Below are positions 1-10,612 of a stretch of 64,000 nucleotides of DNA, in pieces. The notes beneath the pieces were generated by a model. It saw only the letters and a list, made by a program, of their open reading frames with translations. It did no database searches and had not been told where the DNA came from. A program made the position numbers and the translations under genes. The stretch spans positions 554,648-618,647 of the forward strand of contig NC_089177.1 in the NCBI RefSeq assembly GCF_947507565.1. Reading direction: 5' to 3'. How positions within the stretch are numbered: position 1 is the first letter of the stretch; each line of letters starts with the position of its first letter. Source of the stretch: Oscarella lobularis. Taxonomy: Eukaryota.

Positions 1-1149
1 GATGATTAACTAAAAGAGATTATCATTTCTTACATCAGACGACCCTTTCATGAAGAGCATTATGGGATGAGAATTAATCACCTGCTTTAATCTAGAAAAA
101 CGGTTAAACCTTAAAAAGAATTTCAAAATGCCAAAATGAATAACGCCACCTGTCTTCAAGAGATACTTTCTTTGGCAGCATGTCATCCAGTTCACCACTT
201 TCCTCCAGTTCCTAAAGCAGTGATAATGCAACGAGAGCGTTTTGACACTGTAGAGAGATTTCTTACCTGCACTATATCCAAACCTCCGACAAGTTCACCG
301 TCAATATACACCTGAGGATACGAAGGCCAATTGGAAAACTTTTTCAAACCTACAGAAGAGACATCATTGAACAATAATTGAGAAGAAAAGGCTTACCTTC
401 TCTCACAGCCTGATCAGCAAGAATATTAAACGTACTGTATGCAACGCCTTTGCCATTAAGCAAATTCACCATTTTGCGACTAAATCCTAATAACCAGTGA
501 TAAGAAGAGACATCAAAACACGCAGAATATGAACTCCCTCACCGCATCTAGGCTCTTCTACGGTACCCTTCATGAAGATCATAACTCGATCTGCTCGAAC
601 TAATTGCTTCAAACGCGACTCCAAATCCAAACCCTAAATTCCACCAGCAAATTCACCGACAAAAAGAAACGACTACGGATGAAAAGAACTTCGTCACAAA
701 CCTCGTTCGGTTCCGCCACGACGCCGGCGTGCTGAGCAACTTTCTTCGACAATTCTGGCGCATTGGCTCCGGTGAGACGATCGACCTCCTTTCCAGATCG
801 GAGAAAGACGAACGTCGGCACTGACGACACGTTGTAATCGACGGTCACGTCCGGAACGGATTCGGCTTCGATCTGACGAAGAACAAGAAACGACGTCAAT
901 CGTCGATTTATTTTCAAGTTTTCGGTGCATTACCTTTAGGAATTTTGCGCTTTGATGCTCCTTGGCGAGCTCGTCGACAACTTCGTTCATCAACTTGGAC
1001 GGTTCCGACCAAGCGGCCCAAAAGTGGGCCACCAGTAAGCCGCTAACGTATTGAATTATCTTTAGGACGTTGGTTTCTATTCATCTCACCTCCCAGCAGC
1101 AATAGAAATCTTGTCAAAATCCGCTTTGCTCGAAACAGCTTCGGCCATG
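1..1149 (-). CDS. GLRX3: Glutaredoxin-3/PICOT-like protein with an N-terminal thioredoxin-like domain and monothiol glutaredoxin domain(s). It is multi-exon; the 5' ATG lies near 1147-1149 and the 3' end is cut by the window edge.
   Basis: Minus-strand exons translate to [19 protein letters not shown], then (after an intron) [24 protein letters not shown]...[33 protein letters not shown], which matches the GLRX3 Trx domain. [18 protein letters not shown] is the Grx domain end. A second Grx domain starts ([10 protein letters not shown]) near position 10. Introns are GT-AG and about 50 bp. Confidence 0.8.
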
Positions 1150-1176
1150 CTCTTTATCCGGGGGTGGCTGACTTAA

Positions 1177-1216
1177 TTAAATCAGGGATACTAGATGTCT
1201 AGTATCCCTGATTAAA
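1177..1216. repeat. Near-perfect inverted repeat: 16-bp arms AATCAGGGATACTAGA / TCTAGTATCCCTGATT with a 2-nt spacer, flanked by TTAA(A/T)TT. It lies between the GLRX3 5' end and the 3' end of the upstream 7TM gene.
   Basis: Read directly: ttaaatcagggatactaga tg tctagtatccctgattaaa. The arms are reverse complements with one mismatch in the outer flank. Confidence 0.6.
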
Positions 1217-1320
1217 TCACACGTATACACCGACTATACTTTTTGAGCCAGTAATACCCTATGCAATTAGTTTTCTAGCAGTATCAACTGTGGTGAAGTT
1301 TTGTCGCTGTCGGCCGCATC

Positions 1321-3566
1321 TCAGTCTGCTCTGGTTCTTTTCACGTTCTGAGCTGCAGTGTCGCCTTCAGGCTTGCCGCTGCTCGTCGCGGCCTTGTTTC
1401 GCTTTCGACTGCAGCACCTCACAAAAACATTCTTGCAAAAAACTCGAAAGTCTTTAGCAGTGTAAAAGAAAACCATGTGGCTAATTATAGTGGCAATCAC
1501 GCCAATTCGAAACATCAGGAGGTACACGAACTGCCAGTTTTGGAGCGTTTCTCCTCGAGAACAGCTTCTGTTCGGATATAGAAAAACACAAGAGATGTAA
1601 TCGCGAACAATCTTCTCGACATCTATGCTGGTTGTGACGTAGGAGACGATAAAATAGTCTAAAATGAATATGATTGCTGTGATCAGCATCACCGTCAAAT
1701 GAATAAGAAATCGACGTTCTATCATTTGTAACGAACGCCCACCAGACTTCTGCATTGCCCTTCCTCCTTCGGCCAATAAGCGTTTTCTTTCTATACTCTA
1801 CAACAAATGCTTCAACGATGAATAAAAACAAGAGTAAATAATCTGACCTTTTTCTTAAGCGTATACAAAAGGTGAATTGCAAAGAAACCTGTCGTCATAC
1901 CAGCAACCTGGTCGATCACAGTGATAGAAAAATATTCAATCGACGTATCAACGCTTGGGCACATAAAACATAGAAGCACGTTTTGGTATCCTTTGGTGCC
2001 TCTGATCCCGTAAGGAATAAGAGCGGAAAGAGCTGCTATGCCCCAAACGATGGCTCCTTCGATAGCGTGTATAGTGTTTTTGTAGTCTACAAAAAGATCG
2101 CCTCGGGAGCGCACAATTGCAAGCCAAACGTTGAAAAAGCCTGCACATAGCCACAAAGAGACGGACCTAAACATGAATGTGTGAACTGCAGCTAGAGAAA
2201 GAGAAACGCTACAGAATTGAAATATACAGTGCACAAACAATCTCTAACCGCAGATAATGGTATAAGGACAGTTTTCTGATCCTGCAGCCGATGCTTGTAA
2301 GATATCGGTTTTACCGCAACAAACCGAATTTCGTTGACCAACAAGTCGTCCAACTGCTTCGACAAGAGCTAAGTATTATACTGCATTATTACGTAAGCTA
2401 CTCTGCCGAAAAGACATTACTAGGAATCACGCAGGAAACTGCTAGATACCATGCGACGACAACGTGAGGAAACTTACGTCTAAAACAATGCTTTTTGTAC
2501 AGAAGGAATTCCATCTTTTGTTTTACTCTGTTTTCATTGAGAGCATTGCTATAGACGCAACGATAATAGCGACGACTCCAAGAATCAATTCGACTCCAAA
2601 GACGGCGTCAGCTATTGTTTCTCGAGCTCCAGTGATAAAATTCCAGTCGGGACATGATAGAAAACAGCACTGTTTGTCTCCGTCTAAAGACAAGTCTTTG
2701 TTGCAAGTCAGCTCATCTACAAACAAGGCTTTCTAAAGACATTATTAGTCTGACGCTCTTATAGTCTTACGTTTGTCTAGAGTTAGTGGTGATGTCACGA
2801 GTGTAACGAGAGCAAAAAGCTGAGAGTTTGATAGGCTAACATTTTCAGAAGGCGGCCATTCAGTAATATTTAAAATGCGCATTGCTTTTCGAAGAGCAAA
2901 TGGAGACAATTCAATCTTCTCCCCGATAGAGGCCACGAGTGCTGAAACAGACAGAAAAGCACCAATACCGGTCGACCTAATATTGAAAGTTTCGAGAAGT
3001 GCAGAAACGTTGACAGGAATGGTAGTGTCGCAGCTGGAATTTCCCTACGACAAATTCATTACCGACCCTCTATCGCGGTCACCTATTTATCATAGCCCTC
3101 GCGGCGGAATTGCGACGATGACCGCAGGTATTACTGTAAGTATCATAATAACGTCTGGTCCATGTATAGGATTGGAACAGACACCTTCCTTCACGGTGTC
3201 GATGTGAGAACAGCGCCATGCAGACACCCAATACGTTCTCACGATCTACACCGGATCAACTACACGGATTAATTTTCGCCAACGACTGCTGCTGCGAGTA
3301 CTCTACAGTAAAAATAATATTATAAGAGTCTTGGCAATGTAGCCAGAATAACGACAATTTCTTGAAGCGCGTGACGAATATTACTACTTGTAGTCTATAA
3401 GCTTCCTTACACAACGGAAAACACTAGTGAAGGCGCTTTCTTACCAGCTGAGTCAAGTCAAATTCGCTTTGGGGAAGCAAAAAGTAGACGATCGACGGAA
3501 GGGTCGCTAAGGTAAGCACAAATGCACAGATTCCCAGAGCGACGATCCTGAGCGTGATTAATTCCA
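1321..3566 (-). CDS. Seven-transmembrane receptor-like protein, paralog A. It has a signal peptide, a glycosylated ectodomain exon and a 7TM core; it is multi-exon and the family is unassigned.
   Basis: Minus-strand exons: MELITLRIVALGICAFVLTLATLPS (signal peptide, ATG about 3564-3566); an ectodomain with N-x-S/T sites; CCFLSCPDWNFITGARE followed by TM1 GVELILGVVAIIVASIAMLS; further hydrophobic helices in 1812..2240 and 1321..1776. The exon structure is the same as paralog B. Confidence 0.6.
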
Positions 3567-3856
3567 TGCGGAAGTCTACTGCCAAGGATGATAAGCATGC
3601 GCATATAAATATACCCTGCCTCCAGAAAAAACTTCCTTGCCTTTCATCGCTCTCGTGTTTTGCAAGAGTTGATTATGCCGAGCCAGCAAACAAAAGTTCA
3701 TACCTATTCGTCCACTGATTTTATCCTCCAGCGAAGTTTGAAATCGTGTTAAAATTATTCAATGTGTACCTAAGATGATAACACAGTAAAAATTCAATGT
3801 ACGATTACACCTTTTTATGAGTTGACTCTTTGAGCGATAAGTAGTCACATCGTCAA

Positions 3857-5756
3857 TTACATATCTCCGCGTCTGTCTGCTTTTGAAGACTTGTATGAAG
3901 TCAATTCGGTCTCTTCGTTTCTCCGTTGACTGCACTTTGCAACTACGTTCTTCCAAAATTCTCGAAAATCTTTGGCAGTGCAAAAGAAAACAATTTGACT
4001 AACGATTGCAACGATCACACTTAGTCGGTAGATTAGGATATGAACAAATTGCAAATTTTGAAGCAGTTCTTTTTGAGAGCAGTCTTTGTCCGGATGAAGA
4101 AAAACGCACGTAACGTAATCCAAGACAACCTTTTCCAAATCCATTTCAGCTATGACGTAGGAACCGATGATGTAGTCAACAAGGAAAGTGACTGCCACGA
4201 CAAATAGTATGATTTGATGAACGAGAAACCGACGCTCAATCAATTCCAATTGACGCACACCAGACGCTTGCATTGCCTTTCCTCCTTCAGCCAATAAGGC
4301 TCTTCTTTCGATGACCTGAAAATAAACATTACGACTTGTCATCACAGAGAAAAAAAGACGGAACCCTTTTCTTCAGTGTATACAGAACGTGAGTTGCACA
4401 TAAACCTGTCACTGCAGTGCCGAGCTGCTGTGCCAAAATAAAAGAATAGTACCCAAGTGACATATTGACGTCGGGACAAATGAAACATAAATAAGGGTTT
4501 CCGTACGCTTTAGCACCTTGGCTCCAGTAAGGGACGAGAGTGAAAACCGCTGCCGTTCCCCAAACAACGGCTGCTTCAATAGCGTGTATTCTATTCTTGT
4601 AATCGGCAAAGAGATCGCTTCGTAAGAGCACAATCGCAATCCAAAGGTTGACGAAGCCCACGGATAACCATAGAATAGCGGATACGTAGGCAAATGTGTG
4701 AAACATGGCTGAAAGAGGAGACTAGCTAACGGACGTCGTTCCAAAAAATAATAATAATCCTACCGAATACAATTGAATAGGGACACTTTTCTGATGCTAC
4801 GTGAACGGCTTCTAAGAGATCGATTTTGCCGCAACAGATTGCGCTTTGACGACCAACAAGTCGCCCGACTGCTTCGACAAAAACTAAAACACATTTTATT
4901 TATCAATCACAAGAAGGACTCCTTTAGTACTTGGAAAGATGGTCGAGAGCGTTAGATACCAGGCGACAGCAACGTGAGGAAACTTTCGCCTATAACAACG
5001 ACATCATTCTTAGGAATAGCATTTGATAATTCCTTAGTATTAGTACGTTTTCATTGCGAGAATTGCCACTGATATAGTGACAATGGTAACGGTTCCAAGA
5101 ACCAATTCAATTCCAAAGAAGGCTCTATTGATCAACTCTCTAGCTCCAGTGAGAAAATTCCAGTCGGGACATGACAAATAGCAACACTGCTTGTCTTCGT
5201 TTGGAGACAAGTCCCTGTGGCAGATCAGTTCATCTGCAATAGAAAGAATTAGGACGGAGCTTACACCTTTTTTTTCTTACTAACGTTCGTCTAGGCTCAG
5301 TGGCGACGAAACGAGCGCGTAGAGATCAAGCAGCTGGGATGTCGACACGCTGATATTTCGAAAAGGCGGCCATTCAGCGATATCTAGGATGCTCATGGCT
5401 TTTTGAAGAGTCAGCGGAGACAAATCGATTGTTTCGCCAATAGAAGCTAAGAGTGCTGAAATGGGCAGAACAGCAGCTCCAGCACCGGTTGACGTAATCT
5501 CCACGGTTTCAAGAAGTGCTGAAACGTTGACAGAAATAGTGACGTCACAGCTGGAATTTCCCTACAGCAATAAAAAATTCGATGTTTGCAGTCGGAGCGA
5601 TGCGCAGCGGCACGGCGAAGTCGCTGCACTTACGAGTTGAGTAAAGTTGAAGTCGCTTCGGCGAAGTATGAAGTGAAGGATCGACGGAAAAACTGCCGCA
5701 GCAACTACGAACGCTGCAAATCCCGCGGCAATGAGTTTGAGCGCGATCAACTTCAT
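3857..5756 (-). CDS. Seven-transmembrane receptor-like protein, paralog B. It is a tandem duplicate of paralog A with the same exon structure.
   Basis: MKLIALKLIAAGFAAFVVAAAVFPS is a signal peptide at 5756. The ectodomain exon is 5280..5504 and CCYLSCPDWNFLTGARE plus TM1 lies around 5100-5270. The 7TM core is 4329..4706 and 3857..4345. It aligns with paralog A at about 50-60% identity over its whole length. Confidence 0.6.
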
Positions 5757-5983
5757 CCGCAGCCCGCAAACGTAGCGTACGTTCTAATGGCACACCCACT
5801 GTAAGACATTCCGCTAGCACAGAGCGTTTTTCAAGCCAGAGCACTCATTTTGGCGTGAATTTCAACAACTAGGACCGTTCTTTATAAGAATAGTGCACGT
5901 TCTCTCTTCCAACGGGGTCAGAGGAACCACACGCCTTTATACGGGGAGTCGAAACCTGATGCTGGCCCGTATACGAGTGCAGT

Positions 5984-7246
5984 TTGATTTTGTTTTCTTC
6001 GATGAAGCGCACGTCTTCGCGAACTTCTTTAGATGGTAGGAGTGGCAGAGGAACAGCTCGATTACAATTGGGTCGAAATTACGCCTCTACGGGTGATTTG
6101 GACGACGGCGAAGATGATTTGGCTCGGTACACAAGCGCTCTAGGCCGAAGAGTGCGCCCAAAAACGCAGCCTCAGCAACTCGACTGGTCTAAAATGCTAG
6201 ATGAACAAAAGAAGGAAGGCGAAACGCTAGAGAAAGCCACAATATCTGACCGTTTCAGCATCAGCTTTAGTAGCAGCGAAAGCAGTGGCGAAAGCAGTAG
6301 TACTGAAGATAGCTCATCGTTCAATTACACCAGTAAAGTGAAAGGAGTGGACGAATTGAGCGCCGTCATCAAAGATACAGAGATCACCGAAGAAGGCTTT
6401 GATTCGGATACTGGTGATGACAAGGACGATAGTCTTTCGTCTGAAAGGCTGAACGTTGTCATGTCCATTGACGAACTAAGTCCTGCAGTTGAGAACAGAG
6501 CTGAAGATGGTCAGAAGGAAGACGTAAAAATAAATAATAAGGTGCCGTCTCTGTTCGGTGCTACAAGAGCTCTTGTGGAAGAGTCCGACGTTGAGGAAAT
6601 AATCAGTGACGTATCTCCATCAAGAGGCGTCGATACAGAGGAAAAGGAAGGCAGCGATGACGCGTCTTTGTCAAGAGCTGTTGAGAAGGAAGACGGCGAT
6701 GATTACTATTCGGACTCTTTTACGAACGATTCATCGTCACCTGAGCCAAGTCGCATAACAGAAGATAGAACAAACGACGACGACGATGAAACGGATGAGA
6801 GATCTGATTCTTACAGAGATTCGGATGAAACTGAATCGGATGCAGAAGACCTAAGCCAAGATGACGACGAGGCGTCTTTCGCGTCAGAAACCAAAGCCGC
6901 AGACGAGGAAAAAGACGCTCAACCTAAATCCCAAAGCGAGTTTGTTGATATTGGAATTCAAGCAACCGCGGCGTTACCTCCCTTCGCATCCACCTCGTCT
7001 TCCCCGTTCGTTTCTTCCTTGACCGTCGATCCCGTCGTTCTTGACGCTCTCGTCAATTATTCGCCCTCCATGCTGGCGGTGCACAGCATGACCAAAGAGC
7101 AGCTCGAATCCATTCGCACGTTCACCGGTCGTTCGCTGAAATCATTCGAAACGTTCGCTCCCCAACCCACCTATCACTATACAACACTGAACGAGACTAA
7201 GCAATACATAAAGAAGCGCAAACGGAAAGTAATGAAGAACTCTTAA
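5984..7246 (+). CDS. Single-exon 420-aa protein that is highly acidic, Ser/Asp/Glu-rich and predicted intrinsically disordered. Function unknown.
   Basis: Uninterrupted ORF starting at an ATG. The composition is dominated by S, D, E and T (DDDDETDERSDSYRDSDETESDAEDLSQDDDE). TATAAG lies about 100 bp upstream and AATAAA is at 7281-7286 downstream. Confidence 0.55.
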   Translation: MILFSSMKRTSSRTSLDGRSGRGTARLQLGRNYASTGDLDDGEDDLARYTSALGRRVRPKTQPQQLDWSKMLDEQKKEGETLEKATISDRFSISFSSSESSGESSSTEDSSSFNYTSKVKGVDELSAVIKDTEITEEGFDSDTGDDKDDSLSSERLNVVMSIDELSPAVENRAEDGQKEDVKINNKVPSLFGATRALVEESDVEEIISDVSPSRGVDTEEKEGSDDASLSRAVEKEDGDDYYSDSFTNDSSSPEPSRITEDRTNDDDDETDERSDSYRDSDETESDAEDLSQDDDEASFASETKAADEEKDAQPKSQSEFVDIGIQATAALPPFASTSSSPFVSSLTVDPVVLDALVNYSPSMLAVHSMTKEQLESIRTFTGRSLKSFETFAPQPTYHYTTLNETKQYIKKRKRKVMKNS

Positions 7247-7456
7247 GTATAGATACTGTATATAGTGTACGTACTTTGCTAATAAACTGTAGTTGTCTTT
7301 GGTCTTTTTAAAACGATGGGCTTTGGCTTGCCTTGTGACGTTTTGATGCCGTCGTTTGTGCGCGATCGCGTTGCTTTTTCCTGCCTCTTGCCTGAGGAAC
7401 AGAGGAGGGTTGAGTGGCCGCGTCATCTCCCCGTGTCGTCTGGGGAAAGACTAAGT

Positions 7457-8913
7457 TATACATTAATGGCTATACTCGTCAATTACGTCTTGATTCTCGT
7501 CTAGATCAAGCTCCTGTTCTTGCTGATTAAGAGCCTGCTCGAGGGTCGTTGTATTGATGCGAAAATCGCGAGCAGTACTTCGTTTGAAATGCTCCATAAG
7601 ATTAGTCTGCAGCGAATCAACCGGCTTTCGTCAGGAAAAAAGCAACTCATTAAAGCGTCACCTTAGATTTAGACGATAGCTGAATTAGAAATTTTTCGTA
7701 TTGCTCCACGCTGTATATAAGGTTGGGGATTATTCGGGTTTCTCTCATCACACGTCCACGTTGAGGTGCTTTCATTTTTTTATTCTTTCCTTTATGGGAG
7801 TCGGGATCGCGCGACTCTGCCGCCTACAGCGCACTGAAACCCCCACTCCACCCCAAAAGTGGACAAGACAAACCTGTATATACGTAATAAGTCCGTAGAC
7901 TTGCGGCTGCAGGTGAGTCGCGCTTAGTTTCACCTAAAGGAGCAATAGAAAGTCAGCGGGAAAAAATGCCTTGATCCGTTGCCGACCAATTTTTCAAACT
8001 GCGTAGGCAACTCGCTCACATGCTGAGTATACAACATGAGGCACTGCAAAAAAGGCTTATATGTATAGGATGTATAAGAGAGATCGGTCGGAACCAACGT
8101 ATTTCGTCGTTGAGCCGAGCGACGCGTAGACTTTCGTCAAAATCTAAAGTAGCGCATTTTCAGATAGGTCAAAGGCCAGCCTCAGCCCTGGCTGCGCACC
8201 TTCAGGAGAGACTCCGTGCAAGGACCGAGCGGTAAAGCGGATTGGGTCATTTCGTGAAGACTCACAACTATTCCACCCAATCTTATGCAAACAGCACTTT
8301 CCATTGTTTCTCGCTTATCCTCTAGTTCATCTTAATTTAAAAATTAATTAGATGAGCGTTTACTATTGCGTTTGTTATGGAGAAGACCCTGCCTTTTGAT
8401 TTTAAAAGAGATTTTAGTTTACCAAGTGCCCAATCCACCTCGTTGACTACGCCGTCTAAGTAAGTGATAACAGCCAACTACGAGTAAGCTACTTAATTAT
8501 TTTGCGCAACTATTTGCTTCGCACTGCCTACCGCAATTGTCGGAGCTGCTGACGGCGTCACAAGTGAAAGATGAGTGCGATCTTCCACATCAACGTCCTG
8601 CAGAACAACGTAAATAAAAGACAGGTTTTTTTTTTAAATAGCATGAGTTATCGACCTCGTCTATGTCTCCCAGCTGACTGTGGATGTCCTGGGCGACTTT
8701 GCGAACCTGAAAAACAACAGGCAAATGAAAAATGACCCAAGGAGACGAACAACTTACTACGGAAGTGCCGGACTTCTCCTGATGGGTCGTGCTCAATAGC
8801 AGATTAAGGACAACTTTGACGAGACTTGAATCCTCTAAAAAACCTTCAGGCAATTCAAATTCCATACTTCTAACCAACCTAAAGTAAATTCCGTGCAGAA
8901 CTTTTGAAACCAC
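7457..8913 (-). CDS. Possible RNA polymerase II subunit RPB4-like protein (multi-exon). Tentative.
   Basis: [29 protein letters not shown] resembles the RPB4 segment [24 protein letters not shown]. A terminal exon encodes [18 protein letters not shown], which is similar to the RPB4 C-terminus. This rests on remembered alignment only. Confidence 0.3.
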
Positions 8914-10456
8914 GCTTGAACTTGAGCCAACTGCAATCGTACACTAATAGGCATTCAATCCTAAGGCGTGGTGCACTCGCCTCGCGACCTTCTTTCTCCA
9001 ATTTATCAGCCAACGTTCCGACGAGATTTACCATCAACTGAACCTCCTTTCCATGACGGCCTCCCTCGTCGCCACCGCGTACAAACCCCAGTATTATTTT
9101 CTACGGTAGCGTCACTGCACCTGCACCTGCACTGCTACGTTTCCCTACCTGAAAGTTCCTGATAAGCCTGATTATTTTTTGCTGAAAGTCGGGTGCGTCT
9201 GATACAGCAGAAGCGGTGAGAAAATCCTCGAGTTGGCGTGGAAAGTGAATGCAGATAGCGCTAACTAGGTCACAGTATCCTTCAAGTGCCAATAGGCTCA
9301 GTGACTTCTCCTGTAAAGTCATTGTATATAGCTAATACTCCTTTTACTTCTACATGCCTTTTCTCTTAGTTCTGAGACAATTTCGTCAGGGTCTGTGAGA
9401 AAATTGCATAAACTCCTAGAAAATGTATATAAAACAATGATGAAAGAATAAATATCTTACCTTCCCAGTAGACAGCATTGTTTGAAAATGCTTCGAGAGC
9501 CAAGCGATGACGCCTCTTCAGGAAAGCCAGTGGAACGAATCTGAAAAGGAAGTGCTTGCTCCTATAGACATTAAAAAGAGATCCCTGGTACCTGTTTAAT
9601 GCTACTAGCTGCCGCTCCCATTATGTGAATCACGAATGGGGCAGACTCTCTGAGCAATGACAACGACTGATGATGACTAGGCAATCGATCACTTTTGAAA
9701 AAGCAAATCACGCACAGAGTACAGTACAGCAAGCCCATCAATCTCACCAGAACAAAGCATTGAGAAGAGCAGCCACAGAATTCAAAGAAAGAAGAGTAGA
9801 AGGCGCAGGTAGTGTTTTCGGCGCAGCAGTCGGCCGTCCTTTTTTCCCTACTGCAAGTCAAAGAGCAGAAGCTCGAAAAAACACAAGCAGCGCACCTCCT
9901 CCAGGCGGCTTCGCTTTCAGCGTCGCTGCAAGCGTCTGGTATCGACAGAAAAGCTGAAGCATCGTCTCCGACGATTGAACGGAAAAGTCGCCGCTTACGA
10001 ACGAAAACTCCAACAAAGCCTGTTTACCGAGAACGCTAGTCGTGAAATGAAACGCGTCCCAGAGACCCTCCCCACTTCGTATATGCCCAACAGCTGGTGC
10101 CCAAAGAATAAATTCGTCGCGCCCGTTTCAGAAGCAGGCGAAAAGTCGGAAGTCTTATCCTAAGTCCTCAAGTCAAAATGATTTCATTTGACATCCCATA
10201 CTGTACCCACCAATCCTAAATCTTCCAATTCGCATTTCATAAGGCGTTTCGTCAAAGAAACGACGACCTTTCGACAGGCATCGACATTTGCGTCGCCAAA
10301 CGTTCCTATAATAACAAACCAATCTAAATCGCGATTTTTCGTGAAAAGACGGCGATGCCTTCTTCGTCCCCCTCGTCAGAATCGTTCTCTTGGAAATACT
10401 GAACCAAGCACGTCAGAAAGCAGCTGAGCAGTTGAGCCTAAACATCTCAAGTCCTA

Positions 10457-10612
10457 TTAGTTTGCAAGATCTTCTATCTCGATCACCAATGGCTCAATAA
10501 ACTTCAGTTCTTTCCCGTCCTTTGAAACGCAAGAGGCCAGTTTAAGAGGAAGCGGTACGTCTTCGTTTGGCTCGTAGTATCGTCGAAACTTAATAATAAA
10601 AAAGATCTCTAT
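10457..10612 (-). CDS. C-terminal exon of a sedlin/TRAPPC2-like protein. Upstream exons were not resolved.
   Basis: The exon follows a TTTTTTCCAG acceptor and translates DIEIFFIIKFRRYYEPNEDV...; compare sedlin [21 protein letters not shown]. The ORF-track M here is a TTG, not an ATG. Confidence 0.35.
   Translation of the reverse strand: MEIFFIIKFRRYYEPNEDVPLPLKLASCVSKDGKELKFIEPLVIEIEDLAN

Noticed and set aside
7700-8000. TGTATATAAG box at 7712 followed by a GC-rich segment; considered as a possible snRNA or other Pol II/III ncRNA gene
   Set aside because: I could not match any U1/U2/U4/U5/U6, 7SK, SRP or RNase P/MRP signature by eye. It may simply be the promoter of an unresolved gene.
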